Part shown: positions 29,552-41,784 of the stretch, piece after piece
How the letters are laid out: every line of letters begins with the position of its first letter
Position numbering within the stretch: position 1 is the first letter of the stretch
Translations under genes and position numbers: made by a program
Source: Octopus vulgaris
Taxonomy: Eukaryota
Direction of reading: 5' to 3'
Assembly: GCA_951406725.2 (NCBI GenBank)
Contig: OX597818.1
Span: 94,488,001 to 94,552,000, forward strand
Length of the DNA stretch: 64,000 nt
The notes under the pieces: model-generated
Told to the model about the DNA's origin: nothing
Seen by the model: the letters and a program-made list of their open reading frames with translations, nothing else
The model's database searches: none

Positions 29552-30201
29552 TTATGCCACATTTTCTGTAGGACCTATACAAACATGGAAAAATGGACTT
29601 TAAAACAATGATAATGTACACCATTATCTCCATCATTTTAGCATTCACTTTCTATGGTTGCATGGGTCAGACAATTCATTGAGGCAGATTTTCTATGGCT
29701 GCATGCCTTTCCTGTTACCAACCCTCACCTGTTTCCAAAAAATGTAATATTTCCCCTTGGCTGAACGTTTTCATGGAAGAAATGTATGACTATGACTCTC
29801 TTGGTAGATCTAGTGCTATAGTAGAGAACACTTACTTCCTCAAGTTGCCACACAGTGGGACTGAACCCAAAACCATGAAGTTGGAAACAAACATCTTAAC
29901 ACAGCCATACCTGCATCCATTGTAGCAGTAATACATTGAGTTTGCCACAGCACCTTACAAGTGTCCTAACTAGCCATTGGTAGGTGATGTATCTTCAGCT
30001 GAGTCATTCACAGAGAATTTTAAAACTGGGAAAAGACCAATTTATGAAGAATAATGTTAGTTGTTGGGAAAAATGTGTGTATATTTGTGTGTGTTTGTCT
30101 TAATATCACACGGTTGTTATAAGTGTTTCAGTCATACAAATGATGTCCTTTGTTCCTTTGTCTCCTTCATGAAAACTTGTCTGGCTGTGTGTGTGTGTGT
30201 A

Positions 30202-31172
30202 TAGTAGAATAATAAAAATTAAGTCCTTAGTACAGTATATTTGAAAAAATGAGTAGAGATGGCTTTTTGGGGGATACTTTTAATTTTCATAATAATGTTT
30301 AGAGTGGGTTACTCATTATTCTATTGTTGTTCCATGTGGTTCATTTAGGTGTATGATTTTGTCTCTGGGGAGTTCTATTTGTTCTTTGGTTGGGGTTATA
30401 TGTTCTCTTATTTCTTGTTATATCTGCGTATGATTGCAAATTTGTGTTTTTTAAAGGACTACGGTATCTTTGACTATTTTATGGGAAAACTTACTTTCTT
30501 TTGGTGGTGCTTTGTAGTCTGAGGACTATTGTAGTAGGTCGGTGTTTAGGTCTTATCTAGTTTTTTCCCATAGATGTTTTTGTATTATTGTAGCCAGAAA
30601 AAATTTGATTCCAAGATCTTCTTACATTCCGTCTCTTCTCTGGTGGTGTCAATTTTCCACATGTCTAGAAGTTTTTTTTGGATACTTCAACTTCTTCTTT
30701 CGTTAATTTCTTCATGTATACAGGTGTCATACTTTTTTAAAATTTCTTTTGGAAGTTTGTTACTCTAAGGTGAAGTAGTGTGATTTCAGCCTCAAATCTC
30801 TGTAATGCTAAATTGAGGTGAATCGTTTCTTCATTTGGTTCCAACGTTAGTTCTTTGATAGGAAGTTTTCTTGGGAGTATTACTTCTTCTTTGCTCCCCC
30901 ACTGTTCATATGTGCTGGCTAGGTTTTTCATTTTTTAAGGCTCTCTAATATGTTTATTTTCTTTTACTTAATATGCTATTCCAGGTGTTTTTCAGTCTCT
31001 TCAGAGACCAAACCATAGACCCAAACAAGCCACATGAAACAACAATATAATAATGTGTCACCCACTGTAAACATGATTATTAAATTTAAAATTATCCCCC
31101 AAAACGTCATCTCTACTCATTTTCTCAAATATATTATACTGTGCCAAGAACTTTCTTTTTATTATTCTACTA
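30202..31172. repeat. Diverged inverted repeat of about 100 bp (30202-30305 and 31068-31172) from an old, possibly Penelope-like, element
   Basis: atagtagaataataaaaa...aaaatgagtagagatggctttttgggggata is complementary to tatcccccaaaacgtcatctctactcatttt...tttttattattctactat. Confidence 0.6.
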
Positions 31173-31539
31173 TCTTACGGATTGGTACAAGATAGGATGG
31201 CTTACACAAGATCAAAATCAGCAGCCAAATCACGGAAATCTGAAACATTATTAGAGGAGAGCAAAAACTTCCAATCATTATAATCATTATAAACAAATAT
31301 GAATTCCTTCCATGAAATAAAACAAGAAACATGGACCTACAGAGAAACATATTCCCTTCTTACAAACTGTCATCAAAATGAAAACCAAAGCAGAACTCCT
31401 GAAATGAATACCCACAACCTAAATTCAACCACACAAAGCATTAAAAGAATAGAATGAACTCAACTTAGAAAAGGAGGCATACAAAAAGAAAAGCCAGATG
31501 AAAAACATCTAGAATAGCATATATATATGTGTGTGTGTA

Positions 31540-31835
31540 TATCATCATCATTATCATCCGCTTTCCATGCTAGCATGGGTCGGACGATTTGACTGAGGAC
31601 TAGTGAACCAGATGGCTTCACCAGGCTCCAATCTTGATCTGGCAGAGCTTCTACAGCTGGATGCCCTTCCTAATGCCAACTACTCCAAGAGTGTAGTGGG
31701 TGCTCTTATGTGCCACTGGCATGGGGGCCAGTCAGGCGGTACTGGCAACGACCTCGCTTGAATGTTTTTTCATGTGCCACTGGCACAAGTGTCAGTAAGG
31801 TGACACTGGTAACAATCATGCTCAGATGGTGCTCT
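31540..31835 (-). mobile_element. RTE 3' UTR fragment
   Basis: Matches 17495-17840 (ccgctttccatgctagcatggg...gccagtcaggcggtactggcaacgacctc). Confidence 0.85.
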
Positions 31836-32565
31836 TAGCTCCCTACTAGCACGGGGCACAAGTGCCCCCCCCCCACACATACATACATACACACACACAT
31901 ACACACACACACACGTATATGTTTTTTTGTGTGTGAGGGTTTGAATTTGTAAATGAGAAAAAGACACCCTAAGTTAAAGAAGTACATTTTGTTTTTTGTA
32001 TTGAGATCTTTTGTGTGCAATATTGTTTTCAAGATGTTTTGCATAGTGTGATAGTGATGGTGGCTTTGATTAGCATCTTATTTAATTTATGCCACTACCT
32101 ACTGTGAATATTCTCTGACACCCTGTATCTGCCAGCCGGTAAGGCAGTCACTGTTTCAGACATTCAGTCCTCTAGACTGAAGGTTTGCAACAGCTTCAAA
32201 ACCATCTTTCATATCATCGTTTGCTCTCTGATCCCACTTCTAGCTACCAACAACATGTGTCCTTCACCATCTGTTAACTCACATTTTTATGCCTTCTACT
32301 CCCTACCATTAAACTCATAACCTGCATACTTCACATCTCAATCATTTACTTCATCCACAAAATCTACAAATTCAACAGCCAAGGACATCCCACTGTCTGT
32401 GTCTGCAACTTCTCCACTTAGCTTAGTTCCTTCTATATAATCACCCAATTCACACCTTGTCATTGTACTTCCTTTCTGCAATATGGACCATACCTGCCAA
32501 CCTTTCAACAGATTTCCTTACTGCTGGCCTGTGTCACTTCTTCATCACCTTGGACATCACCCTGC

Positions 32566-32606
<41 letters not shown>

Positions 32607-32756
32607 AATTTATATATAGAGGGCATTATACATACATGCCAGAAGGCATTATATATACATGCCAAACGCTAAGAGGGACAATTAGTCATTTCTACCAAAA
32701 ATATTACTAATCCCACCGGATGCAATTTTTCAAAGTAAGACATTTAAAAAAATATA

Positions 32757-32802
32757 GACCTGTATCACAGTGATTTCATACTTACGTACTCATCAGCAGG
32801 CC
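32757..32802 (-). ncRNA. Type I hammerhead ribozyme (antisense copy)
   Basis: gacctgtatcacagtgatttcatacttacgtactcatcagcaggcc is the exact reverse complement of 33264-33309. Confidence 0.85.
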
Positions 32803-33263
32803 AGAATGCATTATAAATAAACAACGACCCTGCCCCGCTTAAGTCGATCAGCTAACTGTTCAACATCATCGAAGCACATGGGTGAGTTTACATATATTAC
32901 ATACGGTCCCTCTTAGCGTTTGGCATGTATATATAATGCCTTCTGGCATGTATGTATAATGCCCTCTATATATAAATTAATATGTTCAATAAGAAATAAT
33001 TATTTTCGAAATTTTTTCTCTTATGAGGTTTTTACGCTATCTACCTGACAATTTCTTGTTAAGTTTTCCTTATTAAGTAGTTGTCCTTAATTGCTAAATT
33101 TTTATTCCGAAAAAACTTTTCCTCTCCCGAAATGCAATTCGTAAAAGTTTGCCATTTGACTGGATGTAATATATGTAAACTCACCCATGTGCTTCGATGA
33201 TGTTGAACAGTTAGCTGATCGACTTAAGCGGGGCAGGGTCGTTGTTTATTTATAATGCATTCT

Positions 33264-33309
33264 GGCCTGCTGATGAGTACGTAAGTATGAAATCACTGTG
33301 ATACAGGTC
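33264..33309 (+). ncRNA. Type I hammerhead ribozyme (predicted AUA cleavage after A33303)
   Basis: ggcctg-CTGATGA-gtac-gtaa-gtat-GAAA-tcac-t-gtga-TA-caggtc: stem I ggcctg/caggtc, stem II with a GUAA tetraloop, quasi-palindromic stem III ATCAC-t-GTGAT. Confidence 0.87.
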
Positions 33310-33574
33310 TATATTTTTTTAAATGTCTTACTTTGAAAAATTGCATCCGGTGGGATTAGTAATATTTTTGGTAGAAATGACTAATTGTCCCTCTTAGCGT
33401 TTGGCATGTATATATAATGCCTTCTGGCATGTATGTATAATGCCCTCTATATATAAATTAATATGTTCAATAAGAAATAATTATTTTCGAAATTTTTTCT
33501 CTTATGAGGTTTTTACGCTATCTACCTGACAATTTCTTGTTAAGTTTTCCTTATTAAGTAGTTGTCCTTAATTG

Positions 33575-33615
<41 letters not shown>

Positions 33616-33983
33616 CGAAATGCGGAGAAGATGAAACAGAGACAACTGAAGAAGGGGAATATTCTTTATGTTGTCTCGCTTGTCTGTTTGTTTTTTTTTT
33701 GTTGTTCGAAAATAGTTCGTTTCTATGTTTTTTTTATGTTTTCGTTTTTCATTGTGTTCAACGTTTTTTGATGTCCTGTACCCATATACATATATATGTA
33801 AGTATGTACATATATGTATGTATATGTGCATATATTTATATATTATTTATATTATTGTTTTATATATATATATATATATACATACTAGGAAATGGATGCA
33901 TTGGGTTCAGTTAAATAATATGTAATATATATATATATACACACACACACACACCTGCATATATGAGGACAGGATGTCACCAA

Positions 33984-34200
33984 TGGTGCAAATAACATGA
34001 AATACATGAACAAATGAGGGAAAAAAGAGCAAAATATGTAAACAAGAAAAAATGGAAAACAGTTGTTGGCTGTCTATCTACTCCTCGCTTGAAATGAGTA
34101 GATAGACAGCCGACAACTGATGAAGGGTCCTTTCTTTGTGTTTACTTGTCCTGTTTTCCATTTTTCCTTGTTGTTTACATACTTCATGTTATTTGCACCA
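33984..34200. repeat. Imperfect palindrome with a 24-bp core hairpin (34060-34083 and 34096-34119)
   Basis: cagttgttggctgtctatctactc pairs with gagtagatagacagccgacaactg; outer tggtgcaaataacatgaa pairs with ttcatgttatttgcacca. Confidence 0.8.
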
Positions 34201-36751
34201 TGCAGATACATACCCTCCCTAATTCAAACTGCCCTTTCCTATGCTCAAGAAGTCAACCTAATCCATGCTCTCACACTCTGCCACTATCCTCAAGCCACTA
34301 CTATCTCTTTTTCATACTGGATACCTTTTGCCCTCAATGAATCATCTTTTGTCTCCTCCAACACCTCCAGTCAGAACTTGTCATGTTTTTGTTATCTCCC
34401 AGCCATAGCTTCTCTCCACCTCCCCATTCCCCCTTCATAATCCTTTCTGCTCTCATTCCTGCTTCCACAGTTGTGCTATCCTTTCCAATGCTACCACTGT
34501 CACTAGGTTTAACCCCCCCCTCTATATTTGGGACTACTGCTGCAACTCCTCTAACCTTATCTACATGTTCTAGCATTACTTCCATGATTCAATTTATGCT
34601 GGGGAAACAGGCTGCTGTCTATCTCAGGTTTTGTAGAATACTTTAGAGAAATTTGGGTTAGCAACAGGCCACTTATCATCAGCATTTCTGCTTCATCAAG
34701 CATTCCATCCAATGCTTCTTGCTATTCAGCTTGGACTTGAACATCAGTTCTTTTTACACCCTTCTTCCAGATAGGACAAAAGCTTATCTTCTTTCTACTA
34801 ACTTTCACTCTCTATGGTTTAAACTCCTAACCTCAATCTATGTAATCCACACTTTCATATTAGTATGCCCATACCTGACTGCACATATCCAAATCCTCTC
34901 CACACATATACACAATTCCCTTCCCCATATATACCCTCTTGACCATTCTCACTGCACACCTCTTCCACAAACACACTAACCCTCTTGCATGCAGAAATAC
35001 ATTCTCACTTATGTGCCTCCACATTCTATTCGGCCTGCTCTAAAAAGTACACATTACTCTTCAATCTCTTTCTCCAGTTTTCTTCCCCTCCCCCTTCCAC
35101 ACAAAGTCATACACTTCATATGTACATGCTCACACACACACAGCAAGGTAGAACAATATAGTGTATATTGTTCTACCTGATTACATCACTGTACCCCCCA
35201 CTTGACATACCTATACATGTATACATACCAACAGCCACCTTCAAACTTTATGATGCATATGACACTCCCTTCTTCCTTAGCATCTCACCTTCCATAAACA
35301 TCCTTCACATTCACACTCACATCACCTACACACACAGTTCACTTTGTCCGTTTCTGTCCCCTTTCATGGGTGTACACATGCACTCTTTTTCTTTTTAACT
35401 AACATGTATTTGAATCACATGCACATATACCAAAAATGCAGTTTACCTGGTACACTATCCTATCTAATTACATCACCACATATGCAACATCCTTGATGTA
35501 TATGTTTACAAACTTACTTACACACCAACACACAAACATCCATCCTCAAACTATTTGCTCTAAAACAATGTGCATTTAGTTCCTTTCTTCTTTTTCTGTT
35601 TGCCAATCACTAACTACAAACTTACTGCTATAAAGTTACATTGACACATTTGCATCATTTACACAAACACATCTTCAGCCTCTTCTCCATCTATTTCCAA
35701 CCCTTTGTACTGAACCTCTCCTCTTTAGCTTCATCCTCAGTTTTACAGTCTCTTTCTAATACTCTATAACCACACACAAGTTCAGACTTCATGTTCTTGG
35801 ATTTAACTTTTCCCCACTTAGCATGCCTTTCCTGGTACCCACCTGAATTTCATATACACATAAAATGTCTTTTTCACAACACACACACACACTCACTCTG
35901 TCTCTCTCTCACACACACATTTGATTTACACATTACACAAAGCACAACACTATGCATACCAATGTTATTCCTTGATCTAAATGTGAAATTGCTTTACACA
36001 CTTGTACCAACAAAATGCAGCTTTTTTGTTGCACATGCATATTCTTTAATTGACCCTATTTCATTCACTTAGATACTGACATAACACTACAATATGCATA
36101 CAGGGGTGCACTTGGGCTGTAATTTCACTTAGACATGTCTATGATTTGTGCATATACAAAAATATAAAAAAATTAATATAAATTAATGCTATCAAATTTA
36201 CTCAAGTACACAAAACACAATACAAACTTGCACCCACTCAAGCAGATACACACTCATTTCTTCATGTTACTCATTTAAACATATATTTGTATTTTCATAT
36301 ACACATACTTGTGTCTGTACACACACTCACTTGCAAATAAATGGTATTGACATTGCACTTAGATTCAGATGTACAGCACCCGACATATATGTTCACACAT
36401 ATGCACATACACACAAGTTCACACAGTCTCATACGCATGCATTCACACAACACATGGAAACAGGCACACATACATACAGACCTCAACATTCACCCTTATT
36501 CACACACACTCATTTCACCTAATTTGTACTAACACACAAGTACTTATACTCTTGTGCACACTTTCCTTTCTGACTTATAGCCTTTCACCCCACATCTTTT
36601 TTTCCCCACAATTTTTGTTATAATTTTGCACATACACTATCTTCTTTGCCCTCCCCATGCTTCTCCTTCATCTCCTTTTCATTCAGAAGAAGCACTAACT
36701 TCTAAAAACACCAAAGTCACTCTTTTCTTGCAAGTGTGAAACTAATATCTA

Positions 36752-36970
36752 TTTCTTTACTACCCACAAGTTGCTAAGCACAGAGGAGACAAACAAGGAC
36801 AGACAAAGGGATTAAGTCGATTACATCGACCCCAGTGCGTAACTGGTACTTAATTTATCGACCCCAAAAGGATGAAAGGCAAAGTCGACGTCGGCGGAAT
36901 TTGAACTCAGAACGTAACGGCACGCTACGCATTTCGCCCGGCGTGCTAACGTTTCTGCCAGCTCGCCGCC
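36752..36970 (-). mobile_element. tRNA-derived SINE family 3
   Basis: Minus strand: ggcggcgagctggcagaaacgttagc (A box)...gagttcaaattcc (B box)...gcctttcatccttttggggtcgataaattaagtaccag (resembles a conserved SINE central domain)...A-rich end. Confidence 0.82.
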
Positions 36971-37348
36971 CAATATCTTCCTCCTATTGTGTTTTTCTAT
37001 GTTGTTTTGTAACTGATTTCACCATTTTGTTTCTACTCTGTATTCATCATCATTATCGTTTAGCGTCCGTTTTCCATGCTAGCATGGGTTGGACTATATA
37101 TATTTATTTTTCATCCATTTTTCCATGTTAGCATGGATTGTATGAAAACACACTACTGACATGTAGTTTTACAGCTAGAGGTCCTCCCTGTTGCTAACTC
37201 TTACCTTTTTTTACATGTCAGGATTAATTTATTGCACTCATCTAAAGCACGTTTTTATTTTGACTGAGAATATCAGCTAACATCACCAATATTTAGCTTA
37301 AGGGATTTGCAGGAGAACAGAATCTAAACACAAGCATATATATGTATA

Positions 37349-37405
<57 letters not shown>

Positions 37406-37414
37406 ATTTATATA

Positions 37415-37589
37415 TATAATACAAATAAGAAAATGGAGAAACAAATTTAGTTTGTTCATCAACTTTCGGATATTAGAATGTTGGCTTGAGTTTCTCATTT
37501 TGCTAGATGAATAAATAATCCAACATTCTAATATCTGAAAGTTGATGAACAAACTAAATTTGTTTCTCCATTTTCTTATTTGTATTATA
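37415..37589. repeat. Hairpin with 70-bp arms (37415-37484 and 37520-37589) and a 35-nt loop
   Basis: Arms complementary except one G:T position. Confidence 0.93.
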
Positions 37590-37759
37590 AATTTACAGTA
37601 AAAATATTTCTTTACCTTCACCCGTTTAATACAATAAATGAGTTAATTGCATTGCAATTAAAAACCTTTATGTATTAAGAATCTGGGTACTTTACCAACA
37701 GTATATTGGATAACTACTATCCCACAGTGGGTTACACCCATAACCCCTATCTTACTTTG

Positions 37760-37794
<35 letters not shown>

Positions 37795-38951
37795 AACCAT
37801 AAATTTATGTGTGTGTGTGTACACACCCATACATTAATATACACACTTGACACAGTAACAGTTTAAAATACCACCCTGTACAGCATTTATAACATGTGAA
37901 GTTTGCTTTCAAACAATATTGTTTTGAGTATAGTTCCCTTCTGTGGCACCCTGGGCATGTGTTTTATAACCCTAGGCTGATTAGGACTTGTAAGTGGATT
38001 TGGTTTAAGGGAACTGAAAGAAGCCCTCTCTGTGTGTGCGTGTCAGCTTTTCTTGACACAACTTGATAATTGTAAGTGGGTGTATCTGTCATACACAAGG
38101 TATCATTCATTTCTAGTATTGTTGAAATGTTGATTATGGGGGAAATATCACCTTGATTAAAAACAAGTGGCAACAAGAAAGGAATCCAGCCATAGAAATC
38201 TGTCTCAGTAAACTCTATGCAACCCATGTAAGTATGGAAAACAATGATGATGATGCAAATGTGGAATGACACTTGCTGTAACATTTTGCCGCAGAGAAAC
38301 ACAGGGCATTAACTTAGAACACTGGTGAATTGCCAGACATGGTGGTTTGACCTGATTTTGTTTCCTCAGTGACAACTACCTTAGACGTTCTAAGCCAAGC
38401 CCAAAATGCTTGTTCTGATAAAGAAATTGGTAAACAAAAGTTTTACTGATACATGCAAAAGCTAGACAGGCTTGAATTAAATTAATATACACACTTGAAA
38501 CAGCATTACATTAGAATACTGGTGAACATGAAATATATATGAATGATATGATGATGACTGAAGCGAGTGGAGTGATGGATGGGGGGAGATATGGGCACAG
38601 GTAAAGCAATGACGATGGACCAAAGCTTAGTGAAGGATGGGTAGTGGTAGAATGATGGCTGGGTATGTAGGACAGCCATTCATAATTTGTGAGCTTTGTA
38701 GGCCATGGGGAGATGAGAGATAAAGGGGTATAAGTGATAAGGGATGAGATGATAGAGTTAAATGGGGTGATTAGTGAAATATATGTAGATATACTATATA
38801 TATGTATTATACATGTATAAGTACAATCATTTCTACTGAAAAGGGCATATATAATATTTGAATAAATGATGAAATAATCCCATGTCATGCCTTTATCCCT
38901 TTTGCTTTATCCCTGATTACTCCTAATTGGTATTTTCTCTGTCTTTTCTAG

Positions 38952-39046
38952 GGGAGCTTTCTCAATTGTACGGAGATGTGTTCAGAAGTCTACAGGACTG
39001 GAATTTGCAGCTAAAATTATTAACACGAAGAAACTCTCCGCCAGAG
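38952..39046 (+). CDS. CaMKII: Calcium/calmodulin-dependent protein kinase II, second coding exon (kinase subdomains I-II)
   Basis: 95-bp exon G-GGA GCT TTC...GCC AGA-G encoding (K)[31 protein letters not shown](D); acceptor tattttctctgtcttttctAG, branch-like CTAAT at 38923-38927, donor GTAGGT; length and phases match exon 2 of vertebrate CAMK2 genes as I recall them. Confidence 0.96.
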
Positions 39047-39097
39047 GTAGGTGTCTGACTTTTAAAACTAACTACACCAGTTTGTATTATATATATA

Positions 39098-40346
39098 TTG
39101 GGTCATTCCATAAATAATGCGGTTTTTTCAATTGCATAGAATAAAAGTGGGAGGGGGACAGGATTTACTACCTGCTTCAACTTGCTATAAAAGCAGGTAG
39201 TAACTTTACTTTGTACTTATTCTTAGTGCGAGTTTTAACAGTTAAATTTTCAAAGCTATAATGAAAGTGAGAAAGGAGCATATTTGGCTTTATGAGTTCA
39301 ATAAAGACAACAACGCAACAAAAAAGTGCGAGGAATATTAATCCAGTGTATGGGAATTGGACAATATGCGTAAGCCAGTGTCAACAGTGTTTCCAGAAAT
39401 TCTGAGCCAGAAACTACAGCCTAGAAGACAAGCCTTGTCTTGGAAGATCTGTAGAGCTCAATGAGGTTGTCCTGCAAACCTGATGGAACAAAATCCCATT
39501 GTAACTGTTGAGGAACTAACAGAGAAGCTTGGATTTGGTCATTGAACCATTCATCACCGCAAAACCTGTGTGTCATCGGAAAAGTCAGCAAATTGGATCA
39601 ACGGGTTCTTCACAAACTTTCCAAGTCTAATGGCATGTAAAGAGAGAATGGGTGCTCTTTGCTGTCACATCTCACGAATGAACCTTTTTTGGACCAAATA
39701 GTGACTGGTGACAATAAATGGGTTCTCTATAAAAATATCAAGCACCAAAGACAGTGGGTAAGGAAAATAGAAACATCGGCACCCCAGGCTGAAGAAGGTC
39801 TTCACCCACATAAGGTATTGTTATCTGTTTGGTGGGAAATTAAAGGTTTAGTCCACTTTGAACTTTTAAGCTCAAACCTGACAGTAACAAAGGAGACTAC
39901 TGCGAGCAGCCTGAGCAAGTGCTAGAAGAGAATTGACCATCTTTGGTTTCAAGATGAAAGGTGTTCTTCGGTCAGGATAATGCTTGGTCACATACAGTGA
40001 GGGTGACATTCCAAAGGTTGGAGCAGTTTGAATGGGAAATGATTCCCCACCCACCTTATTTGCTTGACATTTCCCCATCTAATTATCATTTATTCTGCAG
40101 TCTTCAAATCATTTGGATGGAAAAATTATGAATTCTGTAGATGCGGTTAGAACAATGCTAGAGGAGTATTTTTTTATCATGGACAAGTGAATTTTGGAAG
40201 AGGGGCCTTCCAAGTCTATCAAATGGATGGAAGAGCACTGAAGAAAATGAAGGAGTGTATGTATTAGATTAAAAAAGAACTTTATTTTGATTTTGAAAAA
40301 TAAAAGAAGTATGAAAAAAACCCACATTATTTATGGGATGACCAAA
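39098..40346 (+). mobile_element. Full-length degenerate mariner family 2
   Basis: TA followed by ttgggtcattccataaataatgcgg, ending cccacattatttatgggatgaccaaa followed by TA; transposase remnants IVTGDNKWVLYKN, HPHKVLLSVWW and HPPYLLDISPSNYHLF with stops and frameshifts. Confidence 0.92.
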
Positions 40347-40594
40347 TATATATATATGTGTGTGTGTGTGTGTGTATGCATGCAAACGTACATACATTCA
40401 CAAGGTGTCCATGAATTATCTTTACAACTAGATGTGTTGTGTGCAACCATGAGTTGTACAGTTTAACTGAATATATATATATATACGTATATATGGGTAC
40501 AGAATGTCACAAAACGTAAACAACTTGAAATATGAACTATGGTATATATATATATATATACATACACACCCACACACATACATATGTACATATT

Positions 40595-40973
40595 CTTTTA
40601 TTCTTTTACTTGTTTCAGTCATTTGACTGTGGTTATGCTGGAGCAAATCGACTCCAGGACTTATTCTTTTGTAAGCCTAGTACTTATTCTATTGGTCTCT
40701 TTTGCCGAACCACAAAGTTACGTGGACGTAAACACATCAGCATCGGTTGTCAAGCGATGTTGGGGGGGACAAACACAGACATACAAACATATACACACAC
40801 ATACATATACACATATATATGACGGGCTTCTTTCAGTTTCCGTCTACCAAATCCACACACAAGACTTTGGTTAGCCCATGGCTATAGCGGAAGACACTTG
40901 CCCAAGGTGTCACACAGTGGGACCGAACCCGTAACCATGTGGTTGGTAAGCAAGCTACTTACCACACAGCCAC
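40595..40973 (-). mobile_element. SINE family 1, near full length
   Basis: ttttacttgtttcagtcatttgactg...gacgggcttctttcagtttccgtctaccaaatccac...gggaccgaaccc...ccacacagccac. Confidence 0.88.
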
Positions 40974-40979
40974 ATACTC

Positions 40980-41226
40980 TTTTATTGTTTTACTGATTTC
41001 AGTCATTTGTCTCTGGCCATGCTGGAGCACTGCCTTTAGTTGAACAAATTGACCCAAGGATTTATACTATGTAAGCCTAGTACTTATTCTATCGCTCTAT
41101 TTTGCTGAACAGCTAAGTTATGGTGACATAAACACATCAACATTGGTTGTCAAGCGATGTTAGGGGGGCAAACACAGACACACAAATACATATATATATA
41201 TACATACATACATACACACGCGCGCA

Positions 41227-41279
<53 letters not shown>

Positions 41280-41437
41280 TTATTTATACACACACACACA
41301 CGATGGGTTTATTTCAGTTTCTGTGTATGAAATCCACTCATATGGCTTTCATTAGCCTGAGGCTATAGTAGAAGACTCTTACCCAAGGTGCCGCACAGTG
41401 GGACTGAACAAGGAACCATATGGTACCACACAGCCAC
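40980..41437 (-). mobile_element. SINE family 1, second tandem copy with expanded internal (CA)n
   Basis: Same blocks as 40595-40973, more diverged. Confidence 0.82.
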
Positions 41438-41784
41438 TCACTCACACACACATGTATGCATGACAACTGTCTGACAAATTGAGAACATGAAACAGTTTTG
41501 TGTGTGTGTGTGTGTGTTTATATATCATCATCATTATTTAACATCTGTTTTTCCATGCTGGCATAAGTTGTACAGTTTAACTGAAAACTGATAAGCTGGG
41601 GAGCAGCACCAGGTTTCAGTCTGATTTGGCATGGTTTCTACAGCAGGATACACATGTATATATAGAGATACACACACAAATATATATGTACACACACATG
41701 TATATATATATATATACTAGCTGAAGGTGACCCGCTCTACGCGCGGGTAAGAGTGTGGTTGTTACTTTCTGTTGCTTCCTTTCA

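Larger units (their letters stand above)
32607..33577 (+). mobile_element. Young non-coding hammerhead retroelement (retrozyme-like): 481-bp unit x1.4 plus a 296-bp 5' inverted copy, inserted in (TA)n
   Basis: 32906-33096 equals 33387-33577 (direct repeat, offset 481); 32607-32902 is the reverse complement of 33164-33459; (TA)n on both flanks; HHR in both orientations. Confidence 0.88.

Noticed and set aside
33612-33660. ccttcGAAA...CTGAAGAagg as a permuted hammerhead
   Set aside because: Stem II register does not fit and no stem I or III could be formed.
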